The notes below the pieces were generated by a model. That model was not told the DNA's origin. It made no database searches and was given only the letters and a program-made list of their open reading frames with translations. From assembly GCA_051252135.1 (NCBI GenBank), contig JBPOGH010000004.1, positions 1 through 64,000 on the forward strand: a DNA stretch of 64,000 nt, written 5' to 3'. Source of the stretch: Verrucomicrobiaceae bacterium. Lineage in GTDB: Bacteria > Verrucomicrobiota > Verrucomicrobiia > Verrucomicrobiales > Akkermansiaceae. Of the stretch, positions 49,365 to 60,270 are shown piece after piece. Position numbers and translations under genes: made by a program. Position 1 is the stretch's first letter. The number at the start of each line of letters is the position of its first letter.

Positions 49365-52061
49365 ATGAAAGCTCAAATTGTTCTCCTTCTATCAGCGTTG
49401 ATATTAACTCCCTCGGTAATATTTGGAGGATTTGGAGGGAATGGAGTCACCCCGGTTCCGATCACAGAAGGTGGGTTGGACAAAGATGCGCTGGAAATCT
49501 TTGATCGGAGGAAGGCGAAAGGGGAGGCGGTGAGCTATCCTCCCTTTGAGGATGTATCCCAGGCACGAATTAATCAGCTGAAGCAGTTTCCACCTTTCAA
49601 GGGGAAGACCAATCAACAGGTTATTACGAAGGTGCAGCAGATGCGGCGGGCGCTTATTTGTGTGATTGATCTGATCTCGGTGGATAATCGGGCAACGGGG
49701 CAATCGCTTCAGCGCTTGTTGAGACTTCGCAAGATTTGCTTTGGTCTCACAGCGACAGATAACAATGTGGGGATGTCGATTTTCCCGGACGGTAAGACCG
49801 AATTTGGGATTGAGCCGATCAATATTTTTTATGACGTCTGTAGTGATCTTCCGCTGACCGAGCCTTATCTCTTTGAGCTGTATGTCGCGTTGAGTCACGA
49901 GAGCTTGCACGCCGAGCAACGAATTCTGCAGCCGAACGGAAGGCCTGATTTTAATGAAACGGTGGATCTTCAGTGTCGGGAAGTTGAGGCTCACCAAGGT
50001 GAAATGACGCGAATTCGCGAGATGCAACGGATTGTTCAGCACATCAAAGACAATGGGACTGTCCCAAGTGATGCCCGTGGAGCGACCGCCAGTTTTGGAG
50101 GTGCCATTGTGAATGCGGGAGCGACACCGACGACGGTTAACAAGTGGTTGCAGAAGCTGGCCAACATGAAATCGCAGCGAGGAAATATTCTTAAGTTTCG
50201 AAAGATCTACAAGGAAGCCGGGCAGGCGGTTCTTAATGGTGATCTGGATGCGGCCGCTATCAAAACCAAGCTTTATCCCTTTAGGAGTTGGATTCGGATT
50301 TTTAGGAATAATCGTGATTTTAGGCTCATTAATACGGCGATTTTTGCGTCTGCGCCGACGATTACGGGAACAGCGGGTTCGCGGACCGTTACCCCGGCGA
50401 GTGGAGAGATGAAGCAAATCATTGCTCCGGGTCTTGAAGAGCAGGTGATCGATGTCCCGGGAAACAAGGTGATTTCTGATGCAGAATTTAATGCTGATGG
50501 GACGAAGCTCATCTTTGTTGAGGTGGATCTGGATTCTGGCGGCGGGGGGATTGGAGTGTTTGATTTGGATTCCGAAACCGGGGCTTTGGATCCCGGTTCC
50601 TACACATCCTGTTTTACATCTGACCTTTTTGGAAACGGAGGAGATTTGCTCGTGAATCAATTCGAGTCGGGCAGCCCGTTTTACTTTGTCGCCGGAGGTA
50701 GCGGTGACATTTTCCGGTGCTTGGATAATAATGGCGACGGGTGCCCCGATGCTCTTCTAGCTCAGGGGACATTGGGCCAAGGGCCTGATCACACTGTGGG
50801 GTGGGTTCAGTTTAGGGATCAGGATACTTTGATTGGCTACCCTGAAATGGAAGGGACTGTGCCAGATTGCTCCCAAATGTTCTCCACGGCCAGCCGGACG
50901 GGTCCAGGAAATGACTTTATCGGTGGTCCGCCACAGCCTTGGAAGGATGAGATGAACACTGCTCCTGCGCCTGCCGGACTTCCATTCGAGGGGAGGAATG
51001 ATCTCCCTTGTGTCGGGACTCCGGGTGAGAGCTTTCAGATTCATGCCATCCCATCTGAGGGTCCCTCCGAGATGATTGGACAAGGCACCTTTGGGTGGAA
51101 AGGGTTTGCCCGCCCTGACCTGTCTTCTCCGATTAATGGGAACGATGGTCTTCAGATCATTGACGGTAGTGGAGCTGAGTCTCCGATTTTTGTCTGTGCT
51201 CCGGCTCCGGGACCGATTCCGGGGATTGTGGAGAATGATCCTTTTGGCAATCGGGGGAGCAGCGGATGGATTCAGATTGGGACAACCTCTTGGCCCGGTG
51301 AGGAAGTGGTTCCCCAATCGACCACGGACCCCGGCGGTGCTTGGACGAGTGGTCCGGGACAAAATGCCAACTGTTTTGGAGAGACATTTTTCGAGTTTGA
51401 CGGTCCCGGTGATCCGGGGGGGCCGCCGAGTAACTTCTTCCGATTTTCGAGTGGTGACACTTTGCCACCGCCAGGAGGTCCGTTGTTGGAGCTGGAGGCG
51501 GTGCCCGGGGTGAGAACCTGTCTTGATGTTTCGAGGGAAAACGATCTCTGCGGGAGTTATGAACTGGTTGAGGGGCCCGGATTGGACGAGGTGCTCTTTA
51601 ATTTTAACAAAGATGGGTCGTTTACGGTGAGCTTGCTGAGTTTTGGGGGGCCGATTGAATTTACCTATGTAATCGTTCCATCCATCCCCGGTCTTTCGGC
51701 CTCTCCAGTTTATTCGGTAAGAGTATCGCCAATTCCGGATGTTCTGGAAAATCCTCCGGTTTACACTGGTCCGGGTGGATTAGAATACGTCAATGCACTC
51801 GTGCTTGTTGATTTAGATGAGCATTATCCCCTGTTCCAGTTTTCGCTGGCGAACAGTCCCTTTGATTTGTGTGAGGAGCCTCATTGGCACAACAGTTTTG
51901 CTAATGGCTCATTTGTTTATTCTTTGGAGTTCCCTCTCGCCGGGGTTGAGGACCCGGATCCTCCGGAGTGCGGGTTTGGGATTATTCCGGAGGTTGTCCC
52001 TGAATTATTTGCAGTTCCTCTTTCTGCCTGGGAGGATTTTAAATCTGCTGCGAGACCATGA
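49365..52061 (+). CDS. large secreted hypothetical protein with HExxH motif
   Basis: signal peptide; LSHESLHAEQ followed by CREVEAH; Cys/Pro/Gly-rich C-terminal half. Confidence 0.8.
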   Translation: MKAQIVLLLSALILTPSVIFGGFGGNGVTPVPITEGGLDKDALEIFDRRKAKGEAVSYPPFEDVSQARINQLKQFPPFKGKTNQQVITKVQQMRRALICVIDLISVDNRATGQSLQRLLRLRKICFGLTATDNNVGMSIFPDGKTEFGIEPINIFYDVCSDLPLTEPYLFELYVALSHESLHAEQRILQPNGRPDFNETVDLQCREVEAHQGEMTRIREMQRIVQHIKDNGTVPSDARGATASFGGAIVNAGATPTTVNKWLQKLANMKSQRGNILKFRKIYKEAGQAVLNGDLDAAAIKTKLYPFRSWIRIFRNNRDFRLINTAIFASAPTITGTAGSRTVTPASGEMKQIIAPGLEEQVIDVPGNKVISDAEFNADGTKLIFVEVDLDSGGGGIGVFDLDSETGALDPGSYTSCFTSDLFGNGGDLLVNQFESGSPFYFVAGGSGDIFRCLDNNGDGCPDALLAQGTLGQGPDHTVGWVQFRDQDTLIGYPEMEGTVPDCSQMFSTASRTGPGNDFIGGPPQPWKDEMNTAPAPAGLPFEGRNDLPCVGTPGESFQIHAIPSEGPSEMIGQGTFGWKGFARPDLSSPINGNDGLQIIDGSGAESPIFVCAPAPGPIPGIVENDPFGNRGSSGWIQIGTTSWPGEEVVPQSTTDPGGAWTSGPGQNANCFGETFFEFDGPGDPGGPPSNFFRFSSGDTLPPPGGPLLELEAVPGVRTCLDVSRENDLCGSYELVEGPGLDEVLFNFNKDGSFTVSLLSFGGPIEFTYVIVPSIPGLSASPVYSVRVSPIPDVLENPPVYTGPGGLEYVNALVLVDLDEHYPLFQFSLANSPFDLCEEPHWHNSFANGSFVYSLEFPLAGVEDPDPPECGFGIIPEVVPELFAVPLSAWEDFKSAARP

Positions 52062-52732
52062 GGTGGCGCTTGATGCTTGTCTTGCCGGCGGTGGCCCCGT
52101 TATCGGCGACCACGCTTTTCCGAGCTGAACTCACGCCGAAACAAGTGGTTCCCAAAAATGGTGCGCCCTCTCCTGCGGGCGTTTCGAAAGCATCTGCAAC
52201 GGCCACCTTTGAGCTCTTTCAAAATGGGGGTGATCCCTATCTGGAATACGAAATTCAGTTCGATCAAATCAATCTTATCGACGACATCACCGGGATTCAT
52301 TTCCACATTGGATACACGCCGCCGCCGGCGGCATCATCTTTGATTTTGGGCGCGACACCCCGGCATTCGGCACCCGGTCAGGAGAATGGGCCTCACACCC
52401 TCAATGTTTACGGTCTCCCTCGACAGGATGATGCTGACCTTGCGGTCTCTCCGGATGGGACCTGGCTCCGAGGGAGGTGGGGCAATGAAGATGTCAACTA
52501 TGGCTCCAACGGGACTTATGATCCGAGTGACTCGGTGGGTTTGGGGAGTGTTTACACCGAGTTATTTGAGGGGGATATTTACATTCAGGTTCATTCCCAT
52601 GCTTTCAATGTTCCCGATACCGGAGAGTTACGTGGCCAAATACTTCCGGTGCCCGAGCCGGGTGTGGCCTCGGTGATTCCGTTCGCGTTGGTGATGGTGC
52701 TTTCCCGAAGGCGAGCTTATCGCAGGACTTGA
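52058..52732 (+). CDS. CHRD domain protein with PEIP/PEP-CTERM-type anchor (VPEP)
   Basis: ITGIHFH, YIQVHS...GELRGQI, then VPEP-hydrophobic helix-RRR; ATGA overlap with the upstream gene. Confidence 0.9.
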   Translation: MRWRLMLVLPAVAPLSATTLFRAELTPKQVVPKNGAPSPAGVSKASATATFELFQNGGDPYLEYEIQFDQINLIDDITGIHFHIGYTPPPAASSLILGATPRHSAPGQENGPHTLNVYGLPRQDDADLAVSPDGTWLRGRWGNEDVNYGSNGTYDPSDSVGLGSVYTELFEGDIYIQVHSHAFNVPDTGELRGQILPVPEPGVASVIPFALVMVLSRRRAYRRT

Positions 52733-54861
52733 AGGGGGCTTCCGCTCACTTTGATTTCTTCATCGGTGTAGTGGATTTTTGTCCATTGGCCAGCGATGGG
52801 GAGGCGGACTTCCATCCAGTCCCAGGATTTGGGAAGGGCGGGTTGGATGGTGAGCTTTTGGTCGGGGAGGGAGTAGCTGAGGCCGGCGAGTCCTTCGAGG
52901 TAGAGGAGGATTTTTCCGGCGTTGAAGTTGGAGTATTGGTCTCCGAAGAGGGTGAGATCGCGGCGGTAGGCTTCGGGGGCGACGGGGATGTTCCACTCGC
53001 GGTGGAAGTTGTAGTTTTCGAGGTGGTTGAGGGTAAGTTGGGAGGCTTCTTTTTTGAGGCCCTGGCTGAAGATGCCATCGATGGTGAAGTAGGCGGTGTC
53101 GGGGGTGTAGCCGAAGGCGTGATCGTCCTGGGAGGCGAAGGTCTTCATGGACTGCTTGGCCATGGCGAGGGGGAACCATGCGCCGAGGAATCCTTTATCT
53201 TGATCGAGAGCCCAGGATTGGACGAAGGGCTGGGCGTATTCCCTTGGGAAGTGGGGGGAGCGCATGGCCCAGAATCCGTTGGTCATGAGCATGCGGCTTT
53301 CGGGGGCTTCGAAGTAGTGGGGGACGCCGTTCATTTCCCAACGTTGGGCAAACATTTCGCGGATGTGGGCGGGGTCGCGGCGGATGATGTTTTGCCAGTG
53401 GGGGATGTCGTTTTCGTGACCGGTGAGGCGGGCCATTTTTTCGAGGATTTCGGCGACCTCGAATTGGTTCATGGAGAAGCTGCCGATGCGTTTGCGGAAG
53501 AGTTTGGCGAAGTGGTCCTGGTAGCAATTGTTGAGGAAGTCGAGGTCGCCGGTGTGCTCATAAATTTGCCACGCGCCGATGACGTGCTCGGTGGTTTCGA
53601 CTCCGTAGGCGCCGCTGTGCCAGGTGGTGCCTTTGTTATCAGAGAGCATGCGGAGGCCGTTGGGGAGTTCGCGGAAGCGGTTGTTTTTGGTGAGGTGTTT
53701 CCAGGTGAGGACGTTGCCGTAAGCGTAGTGGGGTTTGTTGGTGGTCCAGGCTCCGACTTTGATCTGGAAGGCGGCATCGTAGCGGTGGAGGCCGAGGAAG
53801 TTATTTACGGCGGACTGGGTGTGGTTTTCCATTTCCCAGCCTTGGCCGACCTCGATGGAATACATGAGGTAGAGGGACCAGAGGTAGTAGTAGATATCGA
53901 CGAACTTTTGATCGGGGCAGCGGAAGTGGGGGATTTCGTCGTTGAGTTGCCGGTTCATTTCGGCGGTTTTGGCGGTGAGGTAGGGCTGGGTGTTTTGGAT
54001 GATGTTGCGGGCGGAAGTGAGGGCGGTTTTTTGATCGTCGTGCATGGCCCAAGAGACGGTGGTGCCTTGGGGGTCGCAGGGGAGGGAGAGGGTGTAGTGT
54101 TGAGCTCCGCGGTCGTCTGTCCGGGTGTTGATGGAGGTGGAGAAATCACGGGAAGCGCTGAGGGCGGTGGTCATGCCCTGGTAGACGCAGGGGCCGATGC
54201 GCTCGGGGGCGTCGGGATCGGGTCGGGATTTGACGGTGCCGCCTTCGGTGATGAGGAGGGTGTTCTGTGGTTTGTGATGAGTGAGGGCGGCGGTGGAGGT
54301 GACGCTGTTTCGGTGGAAGAAGGAGTGGCCGGAGAATTGGAGGGTGACGGGCTTGGAGGCGGTGATGAGGGAGGCGGCGGCGTCATTGGCGGCGATGAAC
54401 TTTTCCTCGGTGATGGTGACGCCGGCGAGTTGGTATTCGCAGATGAGTTTATCGGGCCGCCATTTCATGCTGACGGGCTTGGGGTGGGGGTAGGTTATGC
54501 CATCGATGATGACGCTGCCGTAGAGGACGCGGGTGTCTTTGTAGAACTCCCAGCCGTGGTAGTCGTTTCCGGTGCCGGTGTGCTCGGTGCCGGGGAGTTG
54601 GCTTTCGAGGAGTCCGATGCCACGGGAGCGGAGGTCGTGGTGAAAGGGGTGGGTGAGGCCAATGGTTTCGTGCTCGATGAGTTGCCAACTGGCGTGGTAG
54701 CCGCCGATGTAGTAGGTGAGGTTTCCAGCGAGAAAGCCGTGCTTACGGCCTTGGATTTCCTGCGTGAGCTGCTGGCAGTAGTCGGTGAAGGGTGGCTTTT
54801 GGGAGGGGGAAGCGGAGAGGGGGAGATGCAGGAGAATGAGAGCGATGATGATGAGGGGCAT
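52717..54861 (-). CDS. secreted glycoside hydrolase, probable (alpha/alpha)6 type
   Basis: signal peptide; DIYYYLWSL, WQIYEHTGDLDFL, APE, LEGLAGL...P.LP..WDW; family not assignable by eye. Confidence 0.65.
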   Translation of the reverse strand: MPLIIIALILLHLPLSASPSQKPPFTDYCQQLTQEIQGRKHGFLAGNLTYYIGGYHASWQLIEHETIGLTHPFHHDLRSRGIGLLESQLPGTEHTGTGNDYHGWEFYKDTRVLYGSVIIDGITYPHPKPVSMKWRPDKLICEYQLAGVTITEEKFIAANDAAASLITASKPVTLQFSGHSFFHRNSVTSTAALTHHKPQNTLLITEGGTVKSRPDPDAPERIGPCVYQGMTTALSASRDFSTSINTRTDDRGAQHYTLSLPCDPQGTTVSWAMHDDQKTALTSARNIIQNTQPYLTAKTAEMNRQLNDEIPHFRCPDQKFVDIYYYLWSLYLMYSIEVGQGWEMENHTQSAVNNFLGLHRYDAAFQIKVGAWTTNKPHYAYGNVLTWKHLTKNNRFRELPNGLRMLSDNKGTTWHSGAYGVETTEHVIGAWQIYEHTGDLDFLNNCYQDHFAKLFRKRIGSFSMNQFEVAEILEKMARLTGHENDIPHWQNIIRRDPAHIREMFAQRWEMNGVPHYFEAPESRMLMTNGFWAMRSPHFPREYAQPFVQSWALDQDKGFLGAWFPLAMAKQSMKTFASQDDHAFGYTPDTAYFTIDGIFSQGLKKEASQLTLNHLENYNFHREWNIPVAPEAYRRDLTLFGDQYSNFNAGKILLYLEGLAGLSYSLPDQKLTIQPALPKSWDWMEVRLPIAGQWTKIHYTDEEIKVSGSPLQVLR

Positions 54862-54904
54862 CAGGGGAGGGATACGATGGATGGTGGCGGTGTTTTATCG
54901 CAAT

Positions 54905-54937
54905 AAAAAAGCCCGACTCTACGTGAGCCGGGCTTTT
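54905..54937 (-). terminator. terminator downstream of pgk
   Basis: AAAAAAGCCCGACTC-TACGT-GAGCCGGGCTTTT. Confidence 0.85.
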
Positions 54938-54956
54938 GGGAAATATGGGGTGCCGT

Positions 54957-56156
54957 TTACTTGTCGGTGAGAGCCGCGACTCCGGGGAGGGGTTTTCCTT
55001 CGAGGAGTTCGAGGGAGGCACCGCCGCCGGTGGAGATGAAGGAGACCTTGTCGGCGACTCCGAATTTGACGGCTGCGGTGACGGAGTCTCCTCCGCCGAC
55101 GATGCTGAGGGCACCGCTGTCAGCGATGGCGTTGGCGATGGCGTCGGTTCCTTTTGCGAAGCAGTCTTTTTCGAAGACACCCATGGGGCCGTTCCAGAGG
55201 ATGGTCTTGGCTCCTGCGATGACTTCTTTGAATTCCTCGATGGCGACGTCGCCGATGTCGATGCCTTCTTTGTCGGCCGGGATGGCGCCGCCTTGTCCGT
55301 AGACTTCGGTGTTCCAGGTTTCGGCTCCTTCTTTGAACTCCTTGGTGATGCGGGTGTCGGCGGGGAGGAGGAAGTTGACGCCTTTTTCTTCAGCGGCTTT
55401 GAGAATTTCGAGGGCGAGTTCCTGCTTGTCGTCTTCGACGAGGCTCATGCCGATCTCGTAGCCTTGTGCTTTGCGGAAGGTGTAGGCCATGGCGCCACCG
55501 ATGAGGATGGTGTCGGCTTTGTCGAGGAGGGCGGTGATGACTTCGATTTTATCGGAGACTTTGGCGCCGCCCATGATGACGACGAAGGGGCTTTCGGCCT
55601 GGTCGAGTTTGACCTGGAGGAACTCGAGTTCTTTCTCGATGAGGAAGCCCATGGCGGACTGGCTCACGTGGTGGGTGACTCCTTCGGTGGAAGCGTGGGC
55701 GCGGTGGGCGGTGCCGAAAGCGTCGTTGACGAAGAGCTCGGCATCGCCGGCGAGGGCTTTGGCGAACGTGGGGTCGTTGGCTTTTTCTTCTGAGTAGTAG
55801 CGGGTGTTCTCGAGGAGAATGATGTCGCCATTTTCGAGGGCGGCGCGGGCGGCTTCGGCGTCATCTCCGATGCAATCGGGAGCGAAGGCGACGGCGCAGC
55901 CGAGGAGGGTGCCGAGGTGCTCGGCAGCGGGAGCGAGGGAGTATTTGACTTCCTTTTCCGCGGATGGGCGACCCATGTGGGAGCAGAGAACGATTTTAGC
56001 ACCGGCGGCCTTGAGGTGCTCGATGGTGGGGAGGGCGGCACGGATGCGGGTGTCATCGGTGATTTCGAGGGCGTCGTTTTTGGGGACGTTGAAGTCGACG
56101 CGGACGAGGACTTCTTTACCGGCAACATCGAGATCACGGACAGTGAGTTTATTCAT
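54957..56156 (-). CDS. pgk: phosphoglycerate kinase
   Basis: RVDFNVP, SHMGRP, NDAFGTAHRAHAS, GGAKVSDK, WNGPMG, STGGGASLE. Confidence 0.98.
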   Translation of the reverse strand: MNKLTVRDLDVAGKEVLVRVDFNVPKNDALEITDDTRIRAALPTIEHLKAAGAKIVLCSHMGRPSAEKEVKYSLAPAAEHLGTLLGCAVAFAPDCIGDDAEAARAALENGDIILLENTRYYSEEKANDPTFAKALAGDAELFVNDAFGTAHRAHASTEGVTHHVSQSAMGFLIEKELEFLQVKLDQAESPFVVIMGGAKVSDKIEVITALLDKADTILIGGAMAYTFRKAQGYEIGMSLVEDDKQELALEILKAAEEKGVNFLLPADTRITKEFKEGAETWNTEVYGQGGAIPADKEGIDIGDVAIEEFKEVIAGAKTILWNGPMGVFEKDCFAKGTDAIANAIADSGALSIVGGGDSVTAAVKFGVADKVSFISTGGGASLELLEGKPLPGVAALTDK

Positions 56157-56220
56157 AATGAGAGGGCTTTGGAGTGCCTGAAGGGGGCGGGAGTGTCAAG
56201 AATGGAGAGGGGAGGGAGGG

Positions 56221-56592
56221 GCCGCAAAGACGCGAAGGTCTTTAAGGCCGGGTTGCGGGGTGGTTTGGTGTGAGGCGCGTTGGTTTTACACAGAGCCGTT
56301 GAGGGGGAGGAGGATGAGGGAGGGGTTTTTAACCGCAACCGGAACGAAGTGGAGATAGCCTTTGGGCAAATGGACAGGATGGATGGGGTGGCTTGGTTGG
56401 GGGGGAAGGAATGGATGATTTGAGGATTGGACGAATGGATGATTGGCTTGGTTGAGGGGGCTTGGGTTGGGGGGGCTTGGGTTGAGGGGGCTTGGTTGAG
56501 TGGGCTTGGTTGAGGGGGAAGCGGGCAGGGATGCCCGCTCTCCATATTGGCTTGGTTGAGGGGAGGTGAACGGGGCTGGAAGCCCCGGGTCC
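56221..56592 (+). repeat. intergenic mosaic array 5
   Basis: CCGCAAAGACGCGAAG; AACCGCAACCGGAACGAAGTGGAGAT module; linker 56390; AATGGATGATTTGAGGATTGGACGAA module; linker x5 56445-56518; REP-like AGCGGGCAGGGATGCCCGCTCTCC; linker 56549; CGGGGCTGGAAGCCCCG. Confidence 0.88.
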
Positions 56593-56599
56593 TTTGATG

Positions 56600-56632
56600 A
56601 AAAAAGCCCCGCCCTTTGGAGGGGCGGGGCTT
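56600..56632 (-). terminator. terminator downstream of the SSS transporter
   Basis: A-run, then GCCCCGCCCT-TTGG-AGGGGCGGGGC hairpin. Confidence 0.85.
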
Positions 56633-56651
56633 GGGAAGAGGGTTTCCCAAT

Positions 56652-58259
<1,608 letters not shown>

Positions 58260-58428
58260 TTTATGGGAATGTGTGTTGTTTCCCCGGAAGACGCGAATCT
58301 TCTGAGGTGAAGGACGCTATTGCGAAAGGGGGGTGTTAGGGAAGGGGAAAAAGGATCCGCGTAAAGGAAATGTCGCAATTGTGCAACGAAAGAGGAGGGC
58401 TCGACCTCTTTTGGGGCGATCGGCGACG

Positions 58429-59481
58429 CTATTCAGGGGCTTCTTCCTTTTCGGGAGGAGCGGAGATGGCGATTTCCCGGAGCATTTCTTCGATCTTGGG
58501 GTTGATCTCGTGCTTGAGGGCGGAGGCGGCCATTTTGGTGGCGTTCTTGATGGCGAGGGCGGAGGAGCCGCCGTGGGCAATGATGACGACGCCATTGACG
58601 CCGAGAAGGGGGGAGCCGCCGTAGGATTCGTAGTTCGTCCGTTCTTTGACGGCATTGAAGGCTCCCTTGCCCATGAGGGCTCCGGCGATGCGGACGGGGT
58701 TCTTTTTGAACTCGGCCTTCATCCACTTGGACATGGCCTTGGCGGTGGCTTCGCAGGATTTGAGGACGATGTTTCCGGTGAAGCCGTCGCAGAGGCAGAC
58801 GTCGAGCTTGGTTTGGAAGAGGTCGTGGCCCTCGACATTTCCGCGGAAGGTGAAGGGGGCGTGGCCGCGGTCGACGAGGTGTCTGAGGAGAACCATGGTC
58901 TCCTTGGTGAAGGTGGTGCCTTTTTCGTCTTCCTCGCCGTTGGACATGATGCCGACGTGGGGGTCGGCGACCTTGAGGACTTCACGGGCGTAGACGGAGC
59001 CCATGATGGCGTAGGTGACGAGGTGACTGGGTTTGGCCTCGGGGTTGGCTCCGGCATCGAGGAGGTTGCAGACTCCGAACTCATTGGGGAGCGGGGAGGC
59101 GATGCCGGCGCGGGCGACGCCTTTGAGGAGGCGGAGTTTGACGGTGGCGGCGGCGACGGCGGCTCCGGTGTTTCCGGCGGAGACGAAGGCTCCGGCCTCG
59201 CCGCGTTTGACGAGGTCAGCGGCGACGGCGATGGAGGAGTTTTTTTTACGTCGGAGGGCCTTGGCACCGGATTCCTCCATGCCGACGACCTCGGGGGCGT
59301 CTACAAACGAGACGCGGGGGTCGGTGAGGCCGCATTCCGCGGCTTCCTTGCGGAGGCGGTCCTCGGGTCCGGTGAGGATGAGTTGGGTGACCTCCTTGTT
59401 TTCCTTCAGAAAATCGCGCGCGCCGATGAGATTCACGCCGGGGGCGTGATCACCTCCCATGGCATCCAGGGCGATCTTCAT
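58429..59481 (-). CDS. plsX: phosphate acyltransferase
   Basis: IALDAMGGDHAP, SAGNTGA, LDAGAN, CDGFTGNIVLK, LLGVNG...AHG. Confidence 0.97.
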   Translation of the reverse strand: MKIALDAMGGDHAPGVNLIGARDFLKENKEVTQLILTGPEDRLRKEAAECGLTDPRVSFVDAPEVVGMEESGAKALRRKKNSSIAVAADLVKRGEAGAFVSAGNTGAAVAAATVKLRLLKGVARAGIASPLPNEFGVCNLLDAGANPEAKPSHLVTYAIMGSVYAREVLKVADPHVGIMSNGEEDEKGTTFTKETMVLLRHLVDRGHAPFTFRGNVEGHDLFQTKLDVCLCDGFTGNIVLKSCEATAKAMSKWMKAEFKKNPVRIAGALMGKGAFNAVKERTNYESYGGSPLLGVNGVVIIAHGGSSALAIKNATKMAASALKHEINPKIEEMLREIAISAPPEKEEAPE

Positions 59482-59493
59482 CATGTCAGGACA

Positions 59494-59527
59494 CAAAAAG
59501 GCACGGAATCAGTTCCGCGCCTTTTTG
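59494..59527 (-). terminator. terminator-like hairpin between rpmF and plsX
   Basis: CAAAAAGGCACGGAA-TCAG-TTCCGCGCCTTTTTG. Confidence 0.75.
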
Positions 59528-59535
59528 AAAAAGGG

Positions 59536-59718
59536 TTAGACGAGGTCCACCTCGACGACTTCACGACCGCGGTAGGTCCCGCAGGACGGGCACGCGATGT
59601 GTCCAGGGATGCGGCTTTCGCATTCCGGGCAGGTCTTAAGGAGAGGTTTGCGCCAGCGGTTGGCTCCACGACGGAGCTTTTGCTTGTGCTTAGAGGTGCG
59701 GCGTTTTGGTGCGGCCAT
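59536..59718 (-). CDS. rpmF: 50S ribosomal protein L32 (Zn-binding type)
   Basis: MAAPKRRTSK, CPEC...H.ACPSCG.Y; yceD-rpmF-plsX synteny. Confidence 0.96.
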   Translation of the reverse strand: MAAPKRRTSKHKQKLRRGANRWRKPLLKTCPECESRIPGHIACPSCGTYRGREVVEVDLV

Positions 59719-59737
59719 TGTTCTAGGAAGTAGAGGG

Positions 59738-60220
59738 TTAATCGGTGGATTCGAGCGAGTCGAGTGCGTCCCAAGGGTTGGGTTCGTCCCGCGCGGGGGC
59801 GTTGTCTACTCCATCTTCCACGGGATTGTCCACTGCTAAATACTTCGGATCAATTTCACAATTTCCGCCTTCGTCGCCCTCATCACAGCGGGGATTGCCC
59901 GGGAGGAGGATGATGAGTTCCTCGCGGAGCTCGTCGGTGGGGTCGATGATGCCGCTTTCTCCGATCTCGATGCTGATGGCGACTTCAGGGATTTCGATGG
60001 TTTGGAGGAAGGGGTGGAGGCTGCGCATGCAGGTGAGCTCGAAGGTGGCCTTGAGGGCGCCGGTGAGGAGGAGCTCGGAGTCGAAGCGTTGGACGTGGAG
60101 GTCGTAGTAGAGGGGGCTGGCGGCTTTGGTGTGTTCTTCCTTCAGGTCGAAGGTTTCGGGTGGGAGTTCACCGTTGAGCGAGACGCCTTCGTCGGGCAAG
60201 TTGACCAGTTCGATCTTCAT
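59738..60220 (-). CDS. yceD: YceD/DUF177 family protein
   Basis: LTCMRSL, LREELIILLP..PRC, NPWDALD; upstream of rpmF. Confidence 0.85.
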   Translation of the reverse strand: MKIELVNLPDEGVSLNGELPPETFDLKEEHTKAASPLYYDLHVQRFDSELLLTGALKATFELTCMRSLHPFLQTIEIPEVAISIEIGESGIIDPTDELREELIILLPGNPRCDEGDEGGNCEIDPKYLAVDNPVEDGVDNAPARDEPNPWDALDSLESTD

Positions 60221-60270
60221 GGGGTGAATTGTAGGTTGAAAGTTGAGCTTTGCATTGTGAAAATGGATTG

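Noticed and set aside
52729..54906. Long antisense or alternate-frame ORFs (e.g. 52729-54906 +, 2119-3237 +, 6302-7549 +, 27640-28944 +, 58333-59733 +, and many Pro/Ser- or Arg/His-rich minus-strand ORFs)
   Set aside because: They are shadows of real genes on the other strand or frame. High GC and extreme codon skew suppress stops, and the translations are low-complexity with no family motifs.
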